Notes: generated by a model not told the origin, from the letters alone. Counted from the first letter of the stretch, positions 32,873 to 44,399 are shown. The stretch is DNA of 64,000 nt from Chloropicon primus (GCA_023205875.1 CP060755.1:496001-560000), one strand, 5' to 3'. Program-made: numbers and translations.

Positions 32873-34114
32873 ATGATTGCGGCGATAGCGACGAGGGTGT
32901 GGGCGAGGCAGGCCATGGCCGCGAATGGGTTGGCGAGGCGCGGTCTGTCCACGACGAGCGGCGGTCTCGCTGTGGAGGTTTACAATCCTTCGGGAGAGAA
33001 GAGGGTTGTCGTGACGAAGATGCTTCCGGGAACCCGCTGGCTCGATATTCTGACGAAGAAGCTCGGGGCGAGGGTGGAGGTCCTGACCGACGCGAAGTAC
33101 GCGCCCACGATCGTGCCGAACTCGGCCATCGTGGACCTTATCGGCGACAAGTGCGACGGAGTGCTCGGGCAGCTCACCGAGGACTGGTCCGCGGAAACCT
33201 TCGGAGCCCTGAAGCAGGCCGGTGGCGTCGTCTACAGCAACTACGCCGTCGGGTACAACAACGTCAACGTGGACGACGCGACTGCTGCGAATATCGCGGT
33301 GGGAAACACTCCAGGAGTCCTGACGGAGACCACTGCCGAGATCACCGCCGCACTGACCCTCGCGGCCGCGAGGAGAGTCGTGGAGGCGGATGAGTTCATG
33401 CGGGCCGGAAAGTACCTCGGCTGGCTGCCCGACTTGTTCGTGGGCAAGCTCTTGCAGAGGGGAACCCTCGGGCTCATCGGCGCGGGAAGAATAGGCAGCG
33501 CCTACGCGAAGATGATGGTGGAGGGGCACTACATGGACCTCGTGTACTTTGACAAGTTCCAGAACCAGAAGCTGGAGGACTACATGAAGGGCTACTCTGA
33601 CTTTTTGGAGAGCCAGGGAGAGAAAGGGATCACCTGCACGAGGGTCGACACCGTGGAGGAGGTGTTGTCCGCGTCCGACGTCGTCAGCCTGCACCCGCTT
33701 TTGGACAAGACCACCCACCACCTGATCAACAAGGAGAGGCTTTCTATCATGAAGGACGACGCGATCCTTGTGAACGCCGCCAGGGGCCCAGTGGTGGACG
33801 AGGTCGCCCTCGTCGCCCACCTTCAGGCCAACCCCAACTTCAGGTGCGGCTTGGACGTCTTCGAGGACGAGCCCTTGATGAAGCCTGGCCTCGCGGAGTG
33901 CCCGAACGCCACTATCGTGCCCCACATTGCCTCAGCTTCCCTGTGGACGAGGGGAGGCATGGCCACCCTTGCCGCCCAGAACATTTCCGCCTTCCTCCAA
34001 GGCCAGCCAGGCTACGATTCGCAGGACATGACCCCGTTCGTTGACGGGCCTTTCGACGCCATGCCGGAATCCTGCCCATCCATCGTCAACATGGACAGCA
34101 TCAAGCGCAACTAA
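32873..34114 (+). CDS. HPR: Hydroxypyruvate reductase / glycerate dehydrogenase (plant HPR1 type)
   Basis: MLPGTRW, CDGVLGQLTEDW, AVGNTPGVLTETTAE, GWLPDLFVG, PHIASASLWTR; N-terminal presequence. Confidence 0.93.
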   Translation: MIAAIATRVWARQAMAANGLARRGLSTTSGGLAVEVYNPSGEKRVVVTKMLPGTRWLDILTKKLGARVEVLTDAKYAPTIVPNSAIVDLIGDKCDGVLGQLTEDWSAETFGALKQAGGVVYSNYAVGYNNVNVDDATAANIAVGNTPGVLTETTAEITAALTLAAARRVVEADEFMRAGKYLGWLPDLFVGKLLQRGTLGLIGAGRIGSAYAKMMVEGHYMDLVYFDKFQNQKLEDYMKGYSDFLESQGEKGITCTRVDTVEEVLSASDVVSLHPLLDKTTHHLINKERLSIMKDDAILVNAARGPVVDEVALVAHLQANPNFRCGLDVFEDEPLMKPGLAECPNATIVPHIASASLWTRGGMATLAAQNISAFLQGQPGYDSQDMTPFVDGPFDAMPESCPSIVNMDSIKRN

Positions 34115-34287
34115 AGATAGGTGCGGATGGTGTTCAACCCAGCTAAGCTAACCTCAGCTCTAGAGCAATAAAAAACATTCTTCTCCACACCCCTGCCCCA
34201 TCACCATCACCTCGCCAAGGCCTTCACTCCTCCATTGGCTCTCCTCCGCCATAATCTCTCTCTGGTGGCTGCAGAGCGACGACGACG

Positions 34288-35223
34288 ATGGCGGAGGACG
34301 AGAGCGAGAGGGCGACAGACAGGCGCGTGCGTGCGGCGGAGATCCTTGTGAAGACGGGGAACCTCATGAGCGGTGAGTGCGGACAAGGCTCCCCCTCGAC
34401 GTCGGCGTCCGCCTGCCCGAACGCTCAAGGAGACCAGAACTCGGCGAACAATATGCCAAAGATACAAAACGAGAGTACGAAGGCGTCGTTGTCGAGCCAC
34501 CGGCAGGTTTCCACGATACCCATCGGTCCGACGGACTTGCCCAACCACCAGGTGAGTGACTTGAACAGCTTGGAAAGAGTTGCCTTCATTCCTTTGCCAA
34601 GGGACTCTTCCGTCTTCGTCTTCTTCCCTGAAACATATTGATGAGTTGGACTCACACACACACGAACGAACGAATGCTCTCGGTCTTGGTCTGAACGACA
34701 GGAAAAGGACGCCAAGCGATGGACGTACCCTTCGCCTCAGATGTTCTTCAACGCCATGAAGAGGAAGGGGTGGAAGCCCAAGGAGGAAGACATGGAGGTT
34801 GTTGTTGCGATCCACAACACCGTGAACGAGCGTGTCTGGGAGCACATACTCCACTGGGAAGAGCTTCACAAGAGCGAGTGCTGTGAGCCCCAGTTGTCTC
34901 GATTTGAGGGCAGGCCAAAAGACTACAGCCCCAGGGCAAGGATGCTGAATTGGCTCGGGTACAAGCTCCCGTTCGATAGGCATGACTGGGTCGTTGATCG
35001 TTGTGGGGAGAAGGTTCGTTATGTGATTGACTTTTATAACGCGCCCCCCTCGGGACCAGAGCCCGTGGCGATGCACTTGGACGTGAGGCCAGCGCTAGAC
35101 AGCTTTGGGGCGTGCTACGATCGATTTAGGATGTTCGCGTACCAGGCTTTGGGGCTTGCTGGCTCCAGCGCGGCACAAGACTCCAGCGGCGGGGGACTCA
35201 AGGAGCAGCAGCAGAACCAGTGA
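34288..35223 (+). CDS. HCCS: Holocytochrome c synthase (heme lyase)
   Basis: Intron 34552-34701; WTYPSPQMFFNAMKRKG, IHNTVNERVW, PFDRHDW, YVIDFY, DVRPALD. Confidence 0.93.
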
Positions 35224-35566
35224 CAATGCTGGGCGACGCGCTACAAATGAAAGAGAAGAAATCACGGTGAGTGGCGTTCCCGTCGTCTCCTTTCATTCCT
35301 CTCGTAGTTGGCAATGATGGTCGGCGGCTTGAACGACGCCGACCCCCCAAAAAACTTGATCTTATCATAAGCTTGGTTTTGCTCGCTGTAGCCATTAACT
35401 TGGCGTTCCAGCTCGTAGCGGAACAACGTGTTGACGCATGATATGAGCCAACAAATCCGAGAGGAAGCTTTCGAGAAGCTTGCTGGAACCAAGAACTGAC
35501 GCGGGACTGGGACTTTCTTCTCTTATACTACAATACAACAACAGCGAGGGCGCGCCATTCTTTTAG

Positions 35567-37027
35567 TTACATGTTTAGCTTTCCGTCTAGGTGGTGGACC
35601 GCTGCTGTGATGGAGCCCTCTGCGACGCTGGAGGCGTTGAACTCTTGCACCATGGCGTCAAGAGCCTTATTATTTGTTTCGAGCGTGAGCTTAGCGGCAC
35701 TCTGAGGCCAGTCACAAGGCATAACCAATTCAATAGCAGTCTCACCGTTGTAGACTTTCTTGAAACCCACGTCTTGCTTGTCGGACACGGATACCGGCCA
35801 GCGAACTTCAACATTCAGCGCATCAGCGTCCAAGCTCTTGATGTACGCCTCCCTGACCTTGAAGCTGGCTATTCTCGCGTTGATGGCGTGGACGAACGCC
35901 GGGATGTAGTCCGTGCCCTTGAAATTCTCGAGCAAGTCCTGGCAAGGAACGTCGTTTGGGGTCATTCTCATGGCCGAAATCACCTGGTCCGCGCTGCTGA
36001 TGCCCACGCACACCTCGTGCTCCACGGTCTCCAGCTCGCCCTCCAGGTACTCGCAGCCCTCGAACTTCGCGGCCGCGAAGGCGGCGGCGTCTGGCTCCGT
36101 CCTGACGCTGATGTGCAGCTCAGAGTCGCTCACGTCCAGAATCCTCAGTCCGGAGACTTTGCCGATGACCTCGATCGTCGACTGCAGCCACTCCTTGTGC
36201 TCCTGCAGCCTCCTCTCCTCCAGGTCCTCGATGTCCGACTTCGTTTCAGCGGACTCGTACTCTCTCAGCTTGGATCTGACGGCGTTCATCCTCTCCTCGA
36301 GGGCCTCGACCTCGGCTTCCATCTCCTGCACGTCCGACTCTTGCCTGGCTTTCCTTTGCTCCTTCTCCGCCTCCGCCGACTTTGCCTCCGCGATGGACTG
36401 CCTCAGCTTCTCCTTGGGGAGCTTGGCGTTGTTGGAGTACTTGGTGTAGGTCTCGAAGGCTTCGTCGTACGCAGTCATGGACGCGTTCAGCTTCTCCAAG
36501 ACCGCCCCGAGCTCGGCCTTGAGCCTGGCGAAGTCTTTGTACTCCTCGCACAAGACTTCAAGGGTGCCCCTGATCTCGTCGGCGACCTCCTCCTTGCGCT
36601 TCTTGCTCTTCCGGAGCTCCTCCGCGGACTGCGAGGTGGCGGACTGGGCCTGCGTCAGGAGCGAGGACTCCGTGCCGTCCGGCCTCCCAGCCATGAGAGC
36701 GTCGATGAACGCCTCCTTCGTGTCGAGGCTCACGTAGCTTCCCTTCAGGCTCCTGAACTGGTCCCTCATGCTTCGCAGCGCGCCCTCTCCCGTCCCGCTC
36801 GCCGCCGCGTTCGCCGCGCACTTCCTTATCTGCTCGAACCTCTCCTCCGTTATCTCCACAATCTTCGCGTACGCCTGCTGAAAGCTCTCGTGCGACGGGT
36901 TCTCCCTCACGTTCTCCAGCTCAGTCTTGAGCGCCTCGGAGGCCTTCTGCACCGGAATCATCTCCATCGGCCCGCCGTCCTCTCCCGTGAAGTCAAGCTG
37001 CTTCACCACCGCCACCTCCGTCCCCAT
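35567..37027 (-). CDS. Coiled-coil plus RWD-like protein, probable kinetochore Zwint/Sos7/Kre28 family
   Basis: FRSLKGSYVSLDTKEAFI resembles the Sos7 F-xx-L-xx-SY-xxxx-TKE-x-F motif; long coiled coil; C-terminal MPCDWP turn. Confidence 0.55.
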   Translation of the reverse strand: MGTEVAVVKQLDFTGEDGGPMEMIPVQKASEALKTELENVRENPSHESFQQAYAKIVEITEERFEQIRKCAANAAASGTGEGALRSMRDQFRSLKGSYVSLDTKEAFIDALMAGRPDGTESSLLTQAQSATSQSAEELRKSKKRKEEVADEIRGTLEVLCEEYKDFARLKAELGAVLEKLNASMTAYDEAFETYTKYSNNAKLPKEKLRQSIAEAKSAEAEKEQRKARQESDVQEMEAEVEALEERMNAVRSKLREYESAETKSDIEDLEERRLQEHKEWLQSTIEVIGKVSGLRILDVSDSELHISVRTEPDAAAFAAAKFEGCEYLEGELETVEHEVCVGISSADQVISAMRMTPNDVPCQDLLENFKGTDYIPAFVHAINARIASFKVREAYIKSLDADALNVEVRWPVSVSDKQDVGFKKVYNGETAIELVMPCDWPQSAAKLTLETNNKALDAMVQEFNASSVAEGSITAAVHHLDGKLNM

Positions 37028-37673
37028 CCTCAAGTTCAAGTCAAAAAAAACACAACACAAAAAACACTCTCTCCTCTCCCTTTCCTTCGTTCCGCAAAGA
37101 AGAGAAAAGAAAAGAAAAGACGAATGCCGTCGACGAAGCTTCTTCTGGTGACACTCTTGTCGAAAGACGCCGCCTCCACAACACCCTCGTGCTCTCGTCA
37201 GTACCGCGCTCTCTCGTCGTCGCTCGCCTCGGGCGCCGTGGTTTCGTCCTTCTGTCTCTCAGGAGTTTTGAAGATGGTTCTTTCGAACGGCCATTCTGCG
37301 AACGACGTTATTTTACACTGATCGCACGACACCGTTGGGAGAGAGTAGAGTAGAAAGTGCCTTCTTCAAGGAAGGTGTTGTCTTTGGGTGTAAACGCGGG
37401 GAAGATGAGCTGAGCCCGGAGGAGAGAGAGGGAGGGAGGGAGAAGGGAAGGGGCGATCGGCGACGGTACGGTGGAGGTGGAGTGATCGTGATCGTGATCG
37501 ACGGAGCGGAGTGATCGACGGAAAGGGGATCGGTGCGATCGGTGTGAGGAATTTTGCGCCCAAGGGAGTGTGCGTGGTGGGAGTGAAACGAAACGATCGC
37601 GATCGCGATCGATATCGGTATCGGCAGGAGAGAGAGAGCGGACGTTACGCGGAGGAAGGAAGGAGAGGGAGAG

Positions 37674-38830
37674 ATGGTTCCCGGGGCGCAGATGAAGCAG
37701 AGGGAGTCCCCCGCAATGTAAGTGCTTGAATTCGTCTGAGGTGACGCAATGGACTTGATCCGATCGCGCGCGTTTCGTCTGTGTGTGTTTGCTGACTCTT
37801 GCTTTGCTCCTGATCGATCGATCGCAACGCCAAACGCAGGGACGTGGACACGAGTGAGAAGGCTCCCGACGAGCTGGAGATGATCGAGGAGCTCGCGAGG
37901 TTCGGGATCAATGCCGGAGACATCAAGAAGGCCAAGGAGGCGGGGTTTCACACCGCAAAGTCCATCGTCATGGTCCCCAAGAAGGCGCTGTACAGCGTCA
38001 GGGGTCTTTCGGAGGCCAAGGTGGACAAGATGGTGGAGGCGGCGTCCAAGCTCGTCAAGTGTGGCTTCATCACCGCCACGGAGGCCCTTGAGAAGAGGAA
38101 GCAGATCTTTAAGATCACCGTGGGGTCCAAAGCGGTGGACGACCTGCTCGGCGGCGGCATCGAGACTCAGTCCATCACGGAGGTCTTCGGGGAGTACAGA
38201 TCAGGCAAGACTCAACTCTCGCACACTCTGGCTGTCACGACTCAGCTCGAGATCAGCCAAGGAGGGGGCTTTGGAAAGGTGGCGGTGATCGACACGGAGG
38301 GCGCGTTCCGACCCGAGAACGTGATCCCGATCGCGCAGAGGTTCGGGTTGGATCCGGACAAGGTTCTCGACAACATCGTCACCGCGAAGGCCTACAACAC
38401 GGACCACCAGATGGAGCTGGTCGACCATGTGGCGGCCCTGTGCGCGACCCAACCTTTCAGGCTCCTCATCATAGACTCGCTCACCGCCCTGTTCAGGTCG
38501 GACTTCAGCGGGAGGGGGGAACTCTCGGAGAGGCAGCAGAAGCTGAACCAGATGATGTCAAAAATAAAGAGGCTTGCAGACCAGTACAACGTCGCCGTGT
38601 TCGTGACCAACCAAGTGATGGCTGACCCTGGCGGTGGCTCTGTGTTCGTCCAGGATGCGAAGAAGCCGATCGGTGGCCACATCCTTGCCCACGCGAGCTC
38701 CGTCCGCATGAGCGTGAGGAAGGGCAAGGGAGAATCCAGGATCATCAAAATTATTCAGCACCCGAACATGCCCGAGGCGGACGCCACCTTCGATATCTCG
38801 AACCAGGGGATCACGGACAGCAACGATTAG
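37674..38830 (+). CDS. DMC1: Meiotic recombinase DMC1
   Basis: Exon 37674-37717, intron 37718-37839 (GTAAGT..CTGAC..GCAG). GINAGDIKK, GLSEAKVDK, GEYRSGKTQLSHTL, DFSGRGELSERQQKL, KKPIGGHILAHAS are DMC1-type rather than RAD51-type residues. Confidence 0.9.
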
Positions 38831-38949
38831 GTGAGCGACCTGCAAAGAATTTTATTCACAGTAACCAAGTCCCGACGCGTGCCCCGCCGCCGCCACCGAG
38901 CGGGGACGTGCGGTCGAAAAACATTTTAATAACAACATGAACTTCTGAG

Positions 38950-39566
38950 TCAGAAGAAGAGCTTGATCACTTTGTTCGCGCTCGCAACGGCTTTCCTGCA
39001 CATCGGGCACTCCATTTTGGTGCTCAGAGCGGTCCTGAGGCACGAGGCGCAAAACACGTGGCTAAGAAGAAGGAAACGAAGAAGAGTCCGCGGCGTTAGC
39101 GATGACGATCGAAAGTCCCCTCTCGCTCGGCGCGCCGCCTGCCGCATTCACCTTACCCGCACGGAAGAGCCGCCGGCTCCCTCATGTGCTTGATGCAGAT
39201 GCAACAGCTCGAGTCCCTCAGAACCGTCTGCCTCTTCTTTTCCGTCTTGTTGCGAAGGAGCTCCTCCCTAGACAAACGCAGAGCGAGCTTCATCTCCACC
39301 AGCTCGGCCTTCCTGTTCTGGTTCGCGAAGGAGAGCTCGCTTATCTTGGTCAAAAGCCTCGCCTTTTCACTCAGCATCTCGTAATTTACCCTCTCGATGT
39401 CCCTATCCAACCTCTGGATCCTTTCCTTCAAAGTCCTCCTCTCCCTCCTCCACAACGCTTCATTCTTCTCGTTCTCCACCGCAAGCGACCTCAACCTGTC
39501 CTTGGTCTGCCGCGTGATCCTATTCAGATCACTCAGCAAGGCCTCGTCCGCATCGTACAGAGGCAT
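38950..39566 (-). CDS. Coiled-coil plus RING-HC protein
   Basis: CCIC..LPCG|HVFCASC..CPMC across intron 39156-39062. Start uncertain. Confidence 0.8.
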
Positions 39567-39890
39567 CCCGTCACACCCCTCCCTGATCCTCACCTACCCT
39601 TCCCGCTGCCCTCGTTCCCTCACTCCACGAGACACAATCAATCAATCACACCATAACGCTCGTCACTTTCTCTAGGCACCAAAGGTCCCTTCATTCTCTG
39701 CCCGTCCATTAGGAGAGAGAGAGGTTGGAGTCGGTAAGGGAGGGTTTTTTGCGGCCAAGGAGGCTGGAAGGGTGCGAGAGAGGTTTCTCCAAACGAATCT
39801 ACGTCTCAAGAGTTTTCGAGAGATACCCTCCATTGATAGGTTTGGACGCGAGGCGAGGTTGGGTCTCTTCGGAGGAAGGGGTTGGCGTCG

Positions 39891-42673
39891 ATGGAGACCG
39901 AGGCGTTGGCTCTCAAGGAGGAGGGGAATGGTTTGTTCAAGAAAGGGGATTACGCCGAGGCGCTCGGTGCGTACACCAAGGCCCTCGTGAGCTGCGGGGA
40001 CGCGGAAGCGGGAGGAATCAGGACGACGCTGTACTCCAACAGGGCAGCGGTGAACTTGAAGCTTGGGAATCTGGAAGCAGCGATAGAGGATTGCGCGACT
40101 TGCCTGAGTTTCGATGACTCGAACGCGAAGGCGAGGTTCAGGAGGGCGGAGGTAAGGGTTCGAGACCCCCACGACTCGTTTGCGTTTGCGCGAACCGCGA
40201 GCTCTGACCTGATCTTTGGCTTGTCCCGTCGCAGGCTCTGCAGAGGCTGGGGAGGCTTGAGGAGGCCCTGAAGGACGTGGCCGTGCTGTGTCGGGAGCAC
40301 CCGAAGAGTAAGGAGTTTCAGGACAAGGCGAGGGCGATCAGGGATAGGACCGCCGCCTCGGATGCGGGGTCGACGAGCTTGTTGTCCCTTGTGGAAAGGC
40401 TTCAAGACTTCAAGAGCCTGAGCGAGAGCGAGCAAATCGATGTGCTGGGGACGGTTGCCAGGTCCGCGAGCGGGTCCGCCATAGAAGCGGAAGCCTTTTG
40501 CTGCAAGGGGGGGTTGAGCGCCCTGGCAAGCGCGGTGAGCGGAGAGGACTCGCACTCGGCGAACTTCGGCCGAGTCTGCTCATGCATTTCGATCCTAGCG
40601 AGCGCCAGCACGAGCTGCTCGGTGCTCTGCTCCGCCTTCGTCCGGGACAAGCTCGGGGATTTTGGCGTGCGTCGCATTGCGCAGGAAGAGCAGGTGGTCG
40701 CACTCATGAGAATGTACGATGGCATCACCCGCGGCGCCGCCGAGGGCGGCCAGCTCGACAACAAAGAAGCCGTCTGGGTCATCTGTCAAATCTTGGAGCA
40801 GGTTCCGAAACTCCTGCGGGAACACGTCGTGAGGCAGCTCTTCGCGTCGAAGGTGCCTGGGCTGTGGGAGCATCTTCTGGGGGACGCAACCCTGACCTCA
40901 GCGATAATGATGTCACTGCTTTGGTCCGGGGAGACCTCCAGGCAGTCCCTTCTCCACTTGATGGGGATCGCAAAGGAGGCCTTGGGGATGGAGACACTGA
41001 AGTCCCAAATTCTCCTCATCATGTCGGGAAAGGCCATGCCCAAGGGCGTTCAGCTGAGTGAACTGGAGTCCGCCATGCTCATCGAAGCGTTATTCATACT
41101 GATGCCAGAGGAGGGGGCCTGGCTTCTCAACAGCACACCTGCTTACGACCAAGTCTTGCACATTGCCGAGAAGAGCAACGACGAGCCTGTTTTGAAGGTC
41201 CTGTCGAGCATCCTTTCCCACCTTGCTTCGAACAAGGAGGGCCAGAGCAAGTTCAAGGAGCCAGAGATACAAAAGATTCTTGCCAGGATGACCAAGGTGG
41301 AGGACTACCAGTCGCGGGCGAACTCCCTCTTGGTGTTGGCCAAAATTGCGAAAAATGAGGGAGACCACAGGGAGGACGAGGGGATCGTTCTGGAAGCCCT
41401 GATGCTTCTCGGCGAGATCAGCGACGACGCCAAGGGCCTGAGCCCGCAGAGGCACGCCGAAGTCGCCACGAGCTTGGTGGAAGTCCTGGTGTTTATGGTG
41501 GACGACAGCGCCGTGAAGGATCAAATTGCCACCCAGTTAATGATGAACGCGGAGATCATTGGGAAGCTCTGCAAGGGAGCCCAATCCAGCTCCTCCCTCT
41601 CCTTCGGCCTTTCGAGAGTCTTCGCATTTGCCGTGGCCACGAGGAAGGATATGGAGGCCGTGCCCTTGCTCACGGAAGACTCAGATGAAGACCAAGAAGC
41701 GAGGAAAATGGCGAGCGAAATCATGAGGAAGCAGGAGAAGCAGGCCGTAGAAGACGACGACACCCCGCAGCGCTGCTCTGTGAGGAAGTTGGCCTTTGTG
41801 AAGGCGCAAGGCATTTCGAGCCTGCCCCTCCTTCTGAGAATGGGGAGCCCGACCACAAAGCAGCAGATCGCGGTGACGCTGTTTCACTGTGCGTCAGAAC
41901 AGGCTCTGCGGCCCGTCATGGTGCAGCAAGGTGCCTTGAACCTGATCATGAAGCTTGTCAGGGAGGATCAGAAGAGCGACAACAAGTGCAAGCTCTTGGC
42001 GTCCCACGCTTTGGCCAGAATTTTGATCAGCATTAATCCCGCACTCCTTGAGGACGTGCAGATCGCGGCGTACGTTGGCCCCCTCCTTCTTCTGATCGGA
42101 AGGGACTACGCTTTGCAGCAGTTCGAAGGTCTTCTTGCTTTGACCAACCTCGCCACGGCTGGGCTGGAGCTCCAGGAAAAGATCGTGGCCCAAGGGTTCG
42201 CAACCATCGAGGACCTTCAATTCTCGCAGAACGAGATGGTCGTGAGGGCCGCGACCGAGCTCCTCTGCAACTGCGTCAGCTGCGACAAGGTCCTTGCCTC
42301 AATCAAGGATGAGTCCAGGCAGAAGCTTTGGATCTCCCTGTCGTTCTCGGATGACATGCCCCTCGCCTTGGCCTCGGCCGGGGCATTAGCGATGGCCTCC
42401 GGGGACCCGGGGGTCTCCAAGAGCATCATCGATAACGGCTTGTTCGAGGACTTCCTCAAGCTGGCAAAGTCGGAGGACGAGGGTATGCAGCACAGGGCGT
42501 GCGTGACGCTCGAAAACCTTTGCGCCAACGAGAGTGCCATGAAAGCCATGGCGCTGGACGCCAGGAAAAGAGTCTTGTCCGGCGTGGAGGACACCCTCGA
42601 CGTCGTGGTGACTCGGGTCGGCACCGCACGCGACAGTCTGGAGCAAGCCTTGGCGAGTCTGCGCAAGCTCTGA
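39891..42673 (+). CDS. UNC45: UNC-45-like myosin co-chaperone (TPR + central ARM + UCS)
   Basis: TPR (LKEEGNGLFKKGDY, LYSNRAA); intron 40152-40234; UCS motifs ASHALARILISINP, QQFEGLLALTNLA, RAATELLCN, SAGALAM, GMQHR. Confidence 0.85.
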
Positions 42674-42863
42674 ACGGGAGGAAGGACTACGGGGGGAGAG
42701 GCAGGCAGGCAGGCAGCGAGGCTCTTTTGGTCTGTACATTAGAAGGAATAAAGTGTGTACCTATAGCGATTTTTTTTTTGCTTTGTTGTTCCCACCCTCT
42801 CCTCGTCGAAAAAAAGAGGAAAGAGAAGAAGAAAAGGAGGTTCGCCAGGTCTTTCGGTGTCAC

Positions 42864-43270
42864 CTACTTGGTCACTCCCGTTCCTTTCTTGAACCAGCCC
42901 CAGTAAGGGCTCTCGTCGTTGTCGGGCACGGGCATCATCGTGCTCACGGCCTTGTACTCCAAGCCGTTGAACACCGCGTCCCCTTTCCCTTCGTTCGCGT
43001 TCTTGCGCATCCAGTACTCCCAGTGCGAGTCCTCCGTGATCTTCAACGAGGCGGAACAACAACAAAAAGAAAAGAAACAAACAAAGAAGAGGGTCGTCAG
43101 CGCACCGCCTCGTCGTCGGCGTTTTTTTTTCTTCTTCCTTCCTTCCTTCTCCTCATCCTCACCTCCTGCTGCGCTGCCGCATCCCAAGGGTTCTTCCCAC
43201 CCTCTTCCTCCAAGTCCATGTCGAGCTCCTTGAGCTGGAACTCCGCGTCTTTCCACAAGTCCTTCGCCAT
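42864..43270 (-). CDS. Unknown 94-aa acidic, Trp-rich protein (2 exons)
   Basis: Exon 43270-43163, intron 43162-43041 (GTGAGG..CTGAC..AAG), exon 43040-42864 in frame. Confidence 0.65.
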
Positions 43271-43504
43271 CTTCTCTCTCTCTCTCTCTCTGGTCTCTCT
43301 CCGTCAACAACAACTCGCCGTCGTCGTCGTCGCCGTCTCGCCTCTCTCTCTGAAGCGGCGAGCGTTTTTTTTGGGGAAGCGGCGAGCGTTTCGTTTTCAG
43401 AAAATAACGGAGTTTGAGGGGAGGGTGCGGCCGGCGAGGGGGAGAGGGAAGGGAGAGGGAGAGGGAGAGGGAGAGGGAGAGTGGGAGGGGGAGAGACCGA
43501 AGCG

Positions 43505-43547
43505 TCGTCTCTTGAGCTTTCGAAAGAGTCGTCAATCGAAAGAAACG
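43505..43547 (+). promoter_or_regulatory. 43-bp long-form upstream element
   Basis: TCGTCTCTTGAGCTTTCGAAAGAGTCGTCAATCGAAAGAAACG, about 85 bp before ATG 43631. Confidence 0.6.
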
Positions 43548-43630
43548 GAAAGAGGGTGGAACGAGGAGGGGAGAAGGGGAGTGAGGATGTCGACGATGAC
43601 GACGGCGTTTGGATTGGGGGGGGGACTGGG

Positions 43631-44290
43631 ATGACGAGGACGCCGCGGCGGAGGGAGAGGTCGGTGCTGGCGAGGCTCGCCCTGGTCCTGCTGACGCTTT
43701 CGGCGGTGCTGCACTCGGCGGACTCGGCGAGCGTGAGTCACAGGAAGCTCTTGCAGGGGACGGGCGAGCCGCCCTTCATCCTGTCGCCCCTCGTGCCCAT
43801 CAACTGGGGTTTCTTTCAAGGCGCGCGGCTGAACGAGTTCGCGGTGCGCGAATGGGTTTCGTACTGGGTCGCTTTCAGCTCGGCTCTCATGAGCTTGAAC
43901 GCCGTCGAGCTCACGTTCTTCGGCGACGTGCCGACGGTGAGCCTGGCGATCCCCCAATTCTCGGTCTTCGGGGGGAGGGGCTGGAACCCGCTCACGCCGG
44001 AGGGGGTGGAGCCCGGGGCCATCTTCTCAGAGCTCGCGGCGTGGCTGGAGTTCGAGTTCTTCAACTTGGGCGCCACGTTCGTGGGCCTGCGCGTGTCTCT
44101 GTTCGATCGTCTCGGGCTCGAAGATCTCGGGCTCGGCGTCCCGTCGAACTTCGCTGACCTTTACAGCATCCCCTGGAGCTCCAACGGGGCAGTCCAGGTC
44201 AGCATCATTGACGACTCCTTGGTCAACTTCCTGCTCTCCCCGACCTCCTCCTATTCGGGGTTCTACGGCACGTCCTTCTCCAGCGTATGA
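43631..44290 (+). CDS. Secreted orphan family protein, copy 1
   Basis: Signal peptide, HRKLLQ, ILSPLVPINW, C-terminal GFYGTSFSS; paralogous to the next two ORFs. Confidence 0.85.
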   Translation: MTRTPRRRERSVLARLALVLLTLSAVLHSADSASVSHRKLLQGTGEPPFILSPLVPINWGFFQGARLNEFAVREWVSYWVAFSSALMSLNAVELTFFGDVPTVSLAIPQFSVFGGRGWNPLTPEGVEPGAIFSELAAWLEFEFFNLGATFVGLRVSLFDRLGLEDLGLGVPSNFADLYSIPWSSNGAVQVSIIDDSLVNFLLSPTSSYSGFYGTSFSSV

Positions 44291-44310
44291 ACGCGGCGTC
44301 GGTCGGTAGG

Positions 44311-44312
<2 letters not shown>

Positions 44313-44363
<51 letters not shown>
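44313..44363. repeat. (GA)n microsatellite, one example of many in spacers and introns
   Basis: Pure GA run. Similar (CT)n, (GA)n, (GAT)n or (GAGAAA)n runs lie near 3280, 4045, 7010, 8920 and 49769-49825. Confidence 0.95.
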
Positions 44364-44365
<2 letters not shown>

Positions 44366-44399
44366 GGATGGGGGACGGGGGCTCGTCATATTTATTTGT

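Noticed and set aside
35310..35500. C/D snoRNA or SECIS between convergent genes (ATGATG, GTCGGCG/CGCCGAC hairpin, CTGA)
   Set aside because: Box C is imperfect, there is no terminal stem or recognisable guide, and it is compatible with ordinary 3' UTR.
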